64,000 nucleotides of DNA from Gemmatimonadaceae bacterium (lineage in GTDB: Bacteria > Gemmatimonadota > Gemmatimonadetes > Gemmatimonadales > Gemmatimonadaceae): assembly GCA_051859245.1 (NCBI GenBank), contig JBHYGA010000001.1:352001-416000 (forward strand). Direction: 5' to 3'. The translations under genes were made by a program, and so were the position numbers. Positions 50,145-58,710 of this stretch are shown piece after piece. The notes beneath the pieces are model-generated. The model was not told the origin of the DNA. It did no database searches and saw only the letters and a list, made by a program, of their open reading frames with translations. The stretch's first letter is position 1. Every line of letters begins with the position of its first letter.

Positions 50145-51151
50145 GCCGCGCGGCGTACCGGATCGCGGATATGCACCAAGCGAACGCACTGGCGCACACT
50201 CACGCGCACTCGACAGCACCGCTCCTCCTGTCATTACTGTCACCGATTCTTGGCGAACTCGGAGCGGGGCAGCGCGGTCGCGCGCTGCTGAAGCGGCTTG
50301 GTGTGCGCAGGCTCGCCCAACGGTTGCTGCGAACAGCCGTGGTTGAGCCGCAGCGAGACCGAGCCGACGATGTAACTGTATTGATCGGCATTCGTAACCG
50401 CACCGATCATCGGTTGAGTCTTGCGCTGCGCAGTATTCGCGAGCAGCAGTATCGCGAGGCCGCGGTGCAAGCGGTTGTCATTGACTACGGAAGCGAGCCG
50501 ATTGCCGCGGAACGCGCCGCCGCAGTGTGTCGTGAGTTCGGGGCGTCGCTCGTGCGTGTAGAAACAACGGATGTGTGGAGTCGTTCGCGGTGTCTGAACA
50601 TTGGTATCCGACGCGCGACGAGCAAGTTCCTGCTCACAAGTGACGTCGATATCATTTTCTCGCCATCATACATCACCGAAGCGGTGCAGCGCCTGCGCGA
50701 ATCGCCGCTTTCTATCGTGTGCGCGCGTATGCTCGATCTGCCGGAGCCCACATCTGACGTGCTGCGCGGCGCCAGCGAGAGCGCGGCAGGGCTGCGAATG
50801 CACGATCTCAAGCCAACGAGTACTCCGCGACTGAACTGGGCGTACCATCCCAGCATCGCGATGACGTACACCGCGTTCTATCAGTTCATCCGCGGCTACG
50901 ACGAGTTCTACGAACTCTGGGGCAGTGAAGATGACGATCTGTTTCGCCGACTGACCAAGCTCGGCCTTGAAGCAAATGTGATCGATTCAGATGACGCGTT
51001 CTATCTGCATCAGTGGCACCCGAAGTACGAAAACATCCCGGAAGATGGCCGAGAGCAGAGTGTAAAGCGCAACGCGGAACGGTGGCGGCGCATGCAGTCA
51101 ATTGTGCGTAACGATGCGTCGTGGGGCGGGGGTGACGCGCTGTCCTTGTAG
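50141..51151 (+). CDS. Glycosyltransferase family 2 with GT7C-like C-terminus
   Basis: VIDYGS, RSRCLNIGI, SDVD (DxD), GYDEFYELWGSEDDDL, HQWH; overlaps upstream stop (GTGA). Confidence 0.88.
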   Translation: MSRAAYRIADMHQANALAHTHAHSTAPLLLSLLSPILGELGAGQRGRALLKRLGVRRLAQRLLRTAVVEPQRDRADDVTVLIGIRNRTDHRLSLALRSIREQQYREAAVQAVVIDYGSEPIAAERAAAVCREFGASLVRVETTDVWSRSRCLNIGIRRATSKFLLTSDVDIIFSPSYITEAVQRLRESPLSIVCARMLDLPEPTSDVLRGASESAAGLRMHDLKPTSTPRLNWAYHPSIAMTYTAFYQFIRGYDEFYELWGSEDDDLFRRLTKLGLEANVIDSDDAFYLHQWHPKYENIPEDGREQSVKRNAERWRRMQSIVRNDASWGGGDALSL

Positions 51152-51185
51152 TCACCCCCGTAGGTTGCGGCAGCCGAACTCGCGC

Positions 51186-51707
51186 CTACCGAAAAAAGAA
51201 CCCGACGCCAAACGTGATGCCGTACAGCGGATCACGAAAGCTGTCGCCATCACGCACCGTGAGGGCGAGGCGCCACGCCAGCGTTTCGCGCATGGGGGCG
51301 CGCACACCCACGTCCACGCCGTAGTCAACGCGCGCGTCAGACTCCAGATCGCCGGTGGTTTTACTCACGCCGAATCCTGGCGCAATGAACGGTCCGAAGC
51401 GGCCGCCGTTACGCAGATACAGCGGCACAAAAAACTCGGCGCCGAGACTGCCTCCGCTGCGATCATCCGACGATGAGTAGCCGAAGCCGAGACGCGGTTC
51501 GAGCGCCACACGTGGCGTGAGAAACAACGCGAAGCTCACGCTGCCGGGGAACGAGACAACGGTCGTCGTGGCATCGTCATTGGTCTGAACACGCGCCACA
51601 TCAAGACGGATCTCCTTGGCCCGATCTTGTGCAAACGCCACATTGGTGGCACTGGCAAGCAGCAATGCAATCATGCCGAAATGAGCAGTCAGAAAACGAG
51701 AGCGCAC
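51186..51707 (-). CDS. Small outer-membrane beta-barrel protein
   Basis: Signal peptide, alternating amphipathic strands, aromatic C-terminus FGVGFFFR. Confidence 0.7.
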   Translation of the reverse strand: MRSRFLTAHFGMIALLLASATNVAFAQDRAKEIRLDVARVQTNDDATTTVVSFPGSVSFALFLTPRVALEPRLGFGYSSSDDRSGGSLGAEFFVPLYLRNGGRFGPFIAPGFGVSKTTGDLESDARVDYGVDVGVRAPMRETLAWRLALTVRDGDSFRDPLYGITFGVGFFFR

Positions 51708-51878
51708 GAGTTCTCCTTGAAGTGGGATTGAACGGTGCAGAACGATACCGGCGCCCGTGGCGAAGCAGCCGGGACGTGACGCACACCGTGCGGAGAGCGG
51801 GGCAAACCGTATCAGGGTGGGATGAACAATCGATGGCAGCGCCGCCGCGAAACCATACTCTACGCCCGCGACATCCCG

Positions 51879-52592
51879 CTAGCGCGCCTCATCTGCACGC
51901 GGTATTGCACCGGTCAAACGCGTGATGAATCGCTCGAGGCGCGGAAAGAACCGAACGCGCACCAGCACCCCGTTACACCAGCCCAGCGCAATACAGTAGT
52001 TCGACACAAAGGGTGGGGCGTGGTGTTCGGCGTGATGCTTGTGGCTCATGAGCACGCCGAAGCGCTGAAGCACGCGCACGAACACCGGTGGTGATGTCAT
52101 GTGCGCCCACTGATGCACTTGGTTCGTTGGCAGAGTGGTGGCCGAGACCGCGAGGATGAACGTGGTGCTTGCCAGTCCGGCGCGAGGCTCGAGCGGAATC
52201 AGCAAAGCCAGGGCGAGCACGACGGCCACGATGATCGCGACATCACCGTTCGTATCAATCCAGTGTCGCGTGAGAAAATCGGCCGGATTAATGTGGTGCA
52301 CACGAAACGGTCGCAGCAACCGTTTGCCAAGCACGGGCATGGTCTCCGATCCCCAGGTGTCTGCACCCCAGTGGACCACGCCGGACAGAAAATCCGCCAC
52401 AATCATGCCTGCCAACCACATGGGCAGCATCCACCACGCGAGGCCGCCTGAGGCCTGTGCGAGGCGTATCGCGTGCACCACACACAGCATGACGGCGGCA
52501 ACAATCGCACCGACCGACACCGCTCGCGTCATGAAACCAGGCGTCTCCAACACGGGAAGCGCCTCGTGCGCCGGCTGTTGCGTGGCGCTCAT
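51879..52592 (-). CDS. CarF/TMEM189 (PEDS1/FAD4) family lipid desaturase
   Basis: ADFLSGVVHWGADTWG, FRVHH, TNQVHQWAH, HHAEHH, YCIALGWCN. Confidence 0.88.
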   Translation of the reverse strand: MSATQQPAHEALPVLETPGFMTRAVSVGAIVAAVMLCVVHAIRLAQASGGLAWWMLPMWLAGMIVADFLSGVVHWGADTWGSETMPVLGKRLLRPFRVHHINPADFLTRHWIDTNGDVAIIVAVVLALALLIPLEPRAGLASTTFILAVSATTLPTNQVHQWAHMTSPPVFVRVLQRFGVLMSHKHHAEHHAPPFVSNYCIALGWCNGVLVRVRFFPRLERFITRLTGAIPRADEAR

Positions 52593-53743
52593 GTGGCGTC
52601 TGTGGAGCCGCGGCGCGAACGCACCGGATACACAAGTTGCGCGGCGAATCCGTCCGGTACATCGCTCTCGTGAATGCCATACCCTTCGGGCCACGCGCCC
52701 TCGGGGCCGTAATAGGTACCAAACAGCTTATCGAGGAACGGAAAGTGCACCGCAAAGTTCTTGTCGATGGCGTCACGCTCAATCGCGTGATGCCAGTGGT
52801 GAAAGCGTGGCGTGACAATCACCGACTCCACCCAACGCGGAAAACGCCACGACACATTGCTGTGGATGAACACGGCGTGCACTGACACGAACACCAGATA
52901 CGCGTACAGCGGCCCGGTATCAAAACCGAGCACAAACAGTGGAACGAACGTGAGCCCTCGCGTGAGCACGATGTCCACAATGTGCAAGCGCGAGCCCGCC
53001 AGCCAGTCCATCTCGGTGCTCGAATGATGCACCGCATGAAACGGCCACAGCCATCGAGACTTGTGGAAGAACCGATGAATGCTGTATTCGGCGAGATCGG
53101 CGACCAGCATGCACTGCAGGAATTGCAGCACGGCCGGCTGCGCGCGAACCGCCGACTGTAAGGCCGGATGAATGGCCCAGTCGAAAAACACCTGCGCAGG
53201 CATGAGCGTGAGCAGCGTTGACACCTGCACGAGCAGATGACTGACAAAAAAGTAGATGGTGTCGGTGGTCCAGCCACGTCGGAACACTGTTTGTCCGCGC
53301 CTGTGCGGCCACAGTTTTTCCAGTGGCACAAACACGATCGCGAGCAGCAGCAGGTTGAGCAGGAACCAGTCGAGGCCGAGATAGACCGGCGTCTTGGGCA
53401 CGGCGCCTTCGTACGGAATGTTGCCACCACCCCCCAGCGCAGCGGTCATAGCCAGCACAACACCGGTAATGCCGAGTGTTTTGCGGCGACGCAACAACAG
53501 ACTCAGAAAACCCAGTAGAAAACCGGCGCCAATCACCAGTTGGATGGTGGTGCGCACGATCGGCATGGGCAGCACCGCGCGCACATCCGGACTCGTCAAC
53601 AGCTCGGGCACATAAAAACAGGCGACAGCGCCGACGGCCAGCACGCCGAAGAACAACGAGATGGTACCGCTCACCCATCCGGAGCCTACGTGTGTAGGTT
53701 CGTCGTCGCCAAAGACGCGTGCTACCCGATCGTCGAGACTCAT
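52589..53743 (-). CDS. Sterol desaturase / fatty acid hydroxylase superfamily protein
   Basis: His boxes HRFFH, FHAVHH, FIHSN, FHHWHH; DKLFGT; stop overlaps the CarF-like start (ATGA). Confidence 0.9.
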   Translation of the reverse strand: MSLDDRVARVFGDDEPTHVGSGWVSGTISLFFGVLAVGAVACFYVPELLTSPDVRAVLPMPIVRTTIQLVIGAGFLLGFLSLLLRRRKTLGITGVVLAMTAALGGGGNIPYEGAVPKTPVYLGLDWFLLNLLLLAIVFVPLEKLWPHRRGQTVFRRGWTTDTIYFFVSHLLVQVSTLLTLMPAQVFFDWAIHPALQSAVRAQPAVLQFLQCMLVADLAEYSIHRFFHKSRWLWPFHAVHHSSTEMDWLAGSRLHIVDIVLTRGLTFVPLFVLGFDTGPLYAYLVFVSVHAVFIHSNVSWRFPRWVESVIVTPRFHHWHHAIERDAIDKNFAVHFPFLDKLFGTYYGPEGAWPEGYGIHESDVPDGFAAQLVYPVRSRRGSTDAT

Positions 53744-53810
53744 GGGTGCAAAATCAACACGATGTTGTGCGGTGCGCCAAGTTTTGATCGCGCGAACGCG
53801 GCACCATGGC

Positions 53811-54185
53811 CTATCGGTGCTGGTCCACGAGGATCGTATTGCCGTCCGGGTCCACCACGACAAAGCTTGCCGGGCCCGACGTGGACTCGTCGGCTTCGGT
53901 GACGAACGCGATGCCCTGTGCTTTCAGTGCCTGTTGAATCTCCCGCACGTCAGCGAACTCAGCGAGGTTTTTCGCATTGCTGTCCCACCCGGGATTGAAC
54001 GTGAGAATGTTCTCTGAGAACATCCCCTGGAACAGTCCGATGATCGTTTCGTCCTCATTCTTCATGATCAGCCAGTTCTGGGACTGATCGCCCCCGAACT
54101 GAGTGAATCCGAACTTCTCGTAGAAGGCTCGCGAAGCGGCGATGTCTTTGACTGCGAGACTCACGGAGAACGCACCGAGTTTCAT
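53811..54185 (-). CDS. VOC/glyoxalase family protein
   Basis: MKLGAFSVSLAVKDI..SRAFYEKFGF; DPDGNTILVDQH. Confidence 0.9.
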   Translation of the reverse strand: MKLGAFSVSLAVKDIAASRAFYEKFGFTQFGGDQSQNWLIMKNEDETIIGLFQGMFSENILTFNPGWDSNAKNLAEFADVREIQQALKAQGIAFVTEADESTSGPASFVVVDPDGNTILVDQHR

Positions 54186-54370
54186 TGCCGCTCCTGGCTG
54201 GTGGGAGGAATTCGTGCGCTGCCGCACAATGAAATGTGCGTCTACGGCGTGAACGTCAAGCTGGATGGCCAGAAGATCGTGCGGACAGCCCGGCCGTTGC
54301 GAGAGACTCCGGCCGCAGCGGGGTACTCTGCAACACGAGCGGGTCCCTTGGCACCGAACAACACGACCAG

Positions 54371-55735
54371 ATGAGCGTACTTGGATGGATGACAGCCGTT
54401 GGGGCCCTGCTGCTGCTCATGGCGCTGCTGTCAGCGGTCGTCGAGCGGCTGCCGATCTCAACGTCTCTCATCTACCTGATGGTTGGCCTGGGGCTCGGTC
54501 CGTTGGGCTTCGGCCTGATGCAGCTCAATGTCGACACTCAGCGTGTGTGGTTGGAGACGCTCACGGAGATCGCGGTCATCGTCTCGCTGTTCGTGGGCGG
54601 ACTTCGTCTGCGACTGCCGCTCAAGAACAGCGCCTGGTTCGTGGCGCTTCGACTTGCGGGCCCCGTCATGCTGCTGTCCATCGTTGGTGTCGCGGCGACG
54701 GCTCACCTGCTGCTCGGGCTTCCCGTGGCGGTCGCGCTCCTGCTCGGCGCCATTGTAGCTCCCACCGACCCAGTCCTCGCGGCTGAAGTTGCCGTGCATG
54801 ACGCGGAAGATCATGATCGCGTGCGCTATGGCCTCTCGGGTGAGGCCGGACTGAACGACGGTGCTGCATTCCCGTTCGTGATATTCGGACTTGAGTTCAT
54901 GCGTGCTGGCGGTGTTGACGCATGGATCGGCGAATGGATGCTCAGTCGTGTGCTGTGGGCAGTGCCGGCGGGTATTGCGATCGGCTATCTCCTGGGCACC
55001 GGCGTAGGTCAGCTGGCGATTCGCGTGCGTTCTCGCAGCAATCACGCGAGCGCGCCCAATGACTTTCTTGCGCTCGCACTTATCGCGCTGTCGTACGTTG
55101 CGGCAGAATACGCGCACGCGTGGGGCTTTCTGGCCGTGTTCGCGGCCGGCGTTGGGCTTCGACATGCGGAGGTGCGCGTAGTGCGTGCATCGCCGCATCA
55201 CGAACACGCTCACGTGGCTGATCCTGTGGGTGCGCAAGCCGAGAATCACCCGCCGGCGGAAACGCTCGTCAGTGCGCAGAAAAGTGATGAACCGAATCAG
55301 CAGCCAGCCATGGCGGCTGGCATATTGATCGCGGAAGCGCTGTCCTTTGGCGACACGCTCGAACGGATGCTCGAAGTGCTGCTGGTTGTGCTCGTTGGCA
55401 TCGCCGTGGCGAGCGTGTGGAGATGGCAGGGCGCGCTACTCGCTTTGCTCCTGTTCGCCATTATTCGTCCCGCGGCCACCTGGCTGTCCATGACCGGCTC
55501 ACGCACATCACGTGCGCAACGCTGGCTGCTCGGCTGGTTCGGCATTCGCGGCATTGGCAGTCTGTACTATCTGAGCTACGCATTGAATCACGGCGTGCCG
55601 AGTGGTGCTGCTGAGCAGTTGGTGGGCCTCGTGGTCACCGTGGTAGCATGCAGCATTGTGGTGCATGGCATTACGGTGACGCCGGCGTTGCAGTGGTACG
55701 AGCGATCCCTTGCCAGGCGCACCGCATCGGCCTGA
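54371..55735 (+). CDS. CPA1 cation:proton antiporter
   Basis: APTDPVLA, GEAGLNDG, WFGIRGIGSLYY; about 12 TM. Confidence 0.9.
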   Translation: MSVLGWMTAVGALLLLMALLSAVVERLPISTSLIYLMVGLGLGPLGFGLMQLNVDTQRVWLETLTEIAVIVSLFVGGLRLRLPLKNSAWFVALRLAGPVMLLSIVGVAATAHLLLGLPVAVALLLGAIVAPTDPVLAAEVAVHDAEDHDRVRYGLSGEAGLNDGAAFPFVIFGLEFMRAGGVDAWIGEWMLSRVLWAVPAGIAIGYLLGTGVGQLAIRVRSRSNHASAPNDFLALALIALSYVAAEYAHAWGFLAVFAAGVGLRHAEVRVVRASPHHEHAHVADPVGAQAENHPPAETLVSAQKSDEPNQQPAMAAGILIAEALSFGDTLERMLEVLLVVLVGIAVASVWRWQGALLALLLFAIIRPAATWLSMTGSRTSRAQRWLLGWFGIRGIGSLYYLSYALNHGVPSGAAEQLVGLVVTVVACSIVVHGITVTPALQWYERSLARRTASA

Positions 55736-55866
55736 CCAACGCGCTGCGATGTCGGCAGATTCCGTACATGCGCAGATGGAATACCCGACGCTTCTGCGCA
55801 TTTGGGCCCGTATAGTGAAAGGAGCAATGGTCAGCGTGCCAACTTCCACATGCGGAGGGCGTCATC

Positions 55867-58710
55867 ATGCGCTCGCGATCGTCAGCAACTGCACGATTCG
55901 TCCGACTGCCCGCAATGGTGGCGCTCGCTACGTGCTTCTCGGCGTGTGGTGACAGCAGCACGGCACCTCCGCCAGCAGTGACCGTATCGATCACCGCGAG
56001 TAGCACCGACATTGACGCCGGCGCAACTGTCGCGTTGACCGCTAGCGTATTGAACAGCAGCAATACTGGCGTACGGTGGCAGACAACGGGTGGCGCGCTC
56101 TCGCCAAGTGGTCTTACTGCTACGTTCACGGCGCCATTTACTGGCGGTAGCTACACGATCAAGGCAACGAGTCTGGCCGATACCACGCGTCAGGCAAGTG
56201 TCACGATCAACGTGCGCACCGTCACCATCACGGTCACCCCCGCTACGATCACGCTTGGTGCATCGGCGGTGCAAACATTCACGGCCACGGTCACCAACTC
56301 CGTGAACACCGGATTGCAATGGAGCGCGACCGCCGGCACCATCACGGGAACGGGGAGCACTATCTCGTATGCCGCACCGATCCGCGGTGGTATCTACACG
56401 CTCACCGCAACGAGCGTCGCCGATTCTACTCGTCGTGCCAGCAGCAGCATCACCGTCACTCCCGTGACATTGCGCCTCTCCGCAGACAGCGCTGTGCTGG
56501 TGCGAGGCGAACGGCTGGTTTTGACTGCCGATGTCACCGGCACACCGTTTACGGATGTCACATGGACGGGCACGTGCGTACCCGTCTCAACCGCGGGCAA
56601 CACCGTGACGTACTCTCCATTATTCGCCGGCGCATGTCAGATCACGGCGCGAAGCGTGACCGACACAAGTGTGTCGACCACATCCAGTGTGCGCGTTCGT
56701 CCAGTGTTTCGCACAACCCACTTTGACGACACAGATGATGGCAGCTGCAACACAACGCACTGCTCGCTTCGCGAAGCAATTGCGGCGGCGAACGCCGCGA
56801 ACGATGTGGACTCGGTGCTCATTTCTTCTGTCACACCGGTGACCATCACCTTGTCGAGTGCGCTGCCGAGCATCACGAGTCCAATGCATGTCGCAGGCAC
56901 GAGTTCATCACGAATCACGATCGACGCGGCCGCATCGCTGGTCGCGCAGCGCCGTGTACTCGACGTAAACGGTACCGTCACCGGTTCGATCAGCGGGTTG
57001 ACGCTACGCGGAGGAATACGCGACATCGGCGGCGGTCTCTCGCTGCAGCGCGTCACGGATTGGGAAGTGCGAGACGTGCTGGTGACGCGCAATGACGCCC
57101 GACTTGGCACCGGCGGCGGCGTGCACATCAGCGCTGGCGCACGCGTGCGCTTCAGCAGCGTGGATATCACGTCCAATCGAACGTTGACGGGAAGCGGCGG
57201 TGGTGCTGGGTTGAATGTGCAAGATGGCGCGATTGTTCAACTCACCAAGACACGCGTGTCCGACAACGAATCCGAGGCGAGTGGCGGGGGGGTACGCGTG
57301 AACAGCGCTCAGCTCATTCTCGACGGTGTCCGCATTGATCGAAACCGCGCTGGCACCAACGGGGGTGGCCTCGCCCTCAGTGGCGGCGCCGAAGTGCGCG
57401 CGAGTACTTCGATGATTGAGGAGAACACGGTCGCGGCCGGGAGGGGAGGCGGCGTGTACGGAATCGGCGCTCGCGTGTTCTTCGCTGGGGTGACGGTGCG
57501 TCGCAATGTGGCCGCACAAGGCGCGGGTGGCGGTCTGGCATTGCTTGACGGCGCCGAGTGGCGCATGACGGGCGGAGCGATCAGCGAGAACCGTGCTTCT
57601 ACGGGTAGCGGAGGCGGAGCGTACGTTGCGAATACCGAGGCGCGGCTCGACAGTGTCGAGGTGCGAAGCAATGGAGCATTCGCAACCGGCGGCGCGATCA
57701 GTTCCGAGGCGCTGGGTTATGTGGTGCTCGATCGTGTCGCGTTTACACTCAACACGGTGAACGGCACGTTCGGGCCCGAAGGTGGACTCGGCGGTGCAGT
57801 GTCTGTTCGCGGCAATACGATCGTAAATATCACGCGAAGCGTGTTCAGTCAGAATGTTTCGACCGGCAGTGGCGGCGCGGTGCATGCCGCGAACACTGCA
57901 CCAATCAGCATTACCGATTCACGATTCGAGGGGAACAACGCCGTGGCAAACGGTGGTGCGATTGAATCCCGAGGTGACGGTACGCTCACGGTGCTTCGCG
58001 CCGTGATACGTGACAATTCGACAACCAGTGGGGCCGGCGGTGGGGTCGCGCTGTTCGGGCCGTTTCTGATTGAACAGTCAACCATCAGCAGCAATCGATC
58101 AACGAACAGTACCGGCGGTGGCGTCTATGTGAGTCCGGGTGCGCCGAACCCGCTGAGTTCAAGAACCATTCGAAACAGTACCATTTCTGGTAATAGTGCA
58201 GGCTTCGGCGGTGGACTCGCCGTTGGTGGTCCTTCGCCAGCTGGCGTGGTGCAAGTGTGGCACGTGTCCATCGTGGGGAACCGCGCGCAGCACTCGAGTG
58301 GCGGTATCGGAATCATGACAGCGCCGGGCGCGGTGCTGATCAACTCACTGCTCGCGGGCAACATCGGTGCTCAGGGAGCGGCGAACTGCAGTCAGTCCAC
58401 GCCGCCCGCTCCGACGTCGCTGGGTGGTAACCTGAGTGATGACGCGAGCTGCACCGGCCTCATCACTCTCACAGATCGAGTGAACGTGCCAGCCGGTGTG
58501 GCGCTCACGTTGTCAGACAACGGCGGAAGTACGTTGACCCATGCACTGCTGCCGGGAAGTATGGCCATCAACGGTGGTCTGCTGCCGCACTGCGTCCCAA
58601 CGGATCAGCGCGGTTGGCAGCGAATCGGGCTGTGTGATATCGGGGCGTTTGAGTTCGGCGCGAGCGGTACGGGGGCGAGGACTGTTGTGCGATTACCTGC
58701 TGGAAAGTGA
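55867..58710 (+). CDS. CSLREA-domain surface lipoprotein (Ig-like repeats, beta-helix, choice-of-anchor Q)
   Basis: Lipobox FSAC; Thr-rich Ig repeats; CNTTHCSLREAI; many N.A..GGG repeats; THALLPGS.AIN, DQRG, CDIGAFE. Confidence 0.85.
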   Translation: MRSRSSATARFVRLPAMVALATCFSACGDSSTAPPPAVTVSITASSTDIDAGATVALTASVLNSSNTGVRWQTTGGALSPSGLTATFTAPFTGGSYTIKATSLADTTRQASVTINVRTVTITVTPATITLGASAVQTFTATVTNSVNTGLQWSATAGTITGTGSTISYAAPIRGGIYTLTATSVADSTRRASSSITVTPVTLRLSADSAVLVRGERLVLTADVTGTPFTDVTWTGTCVPVSTAGNTVTYSPLFAGACQITARSVTDTSVSTTSSVRVRPVFRTTHFDDTDDGSCNTTHCSLREAIAAANAANDVDSVLISSVTPVTITLSSALPSITSPMHVAGTSSSRITIDAAASLVAQRRVLDVNGTVTGSISGLTLRGGIRDIGGGLSLQRVTDWEVRDVLVTRNDARLGTGGGVHISAGARVRFSSVDITSNRTLTGSGGGAGLNVQDGAIVQLTKTRVSDNESEASGGGVRVNSAQLILDGVRIDRNRAGTNGGGLALSGGAEVRASTSMIEENTVAAGRGGGVYGIGARVFFAGVTVRRNVAAQGAGGGLALLDGAEWRMTGGAISENRASTGSGGGAYVANTEARLDSVEVRSNGAFATGGAISSEALGYVVLDRVAFTLNTVNGTFGPEGGLGGAVSVRGNTIVNITRSVFSQNVSTGSGGAVHAANTAPISITDSRFEGNNAVANGGAIESRGDGTLTVLRAVIRDNSTTSGAGGGVALFGPFLIEQSTISSNRSTNSTGGGVYVSPGAPNPLSSRTIRNSTISGNSAGFGGGLAVGGPSPAGVVQVWHVSIVGNRAQHSSGGIGIMTAPGAVLINSLLAGNIGAQGAANCSQSTPPAPTSLGGNLSDDASCTGLITLTDRVNVPAGVALTLSDNGGSTLTHALLPGSMAINGGLLPHCVPTDQRGWQRIGLCDIGAFEFGASGTGARTVVRLPAGK

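Noticed and set aside
56980..58320. Recurrent GGCGGC-rich repeats resembling a DNA repeat array
   Set aside because: Explained by GGG/GGA beta-helix protein repeats; no fixed repeat-spacer structure, so not CRISPR.
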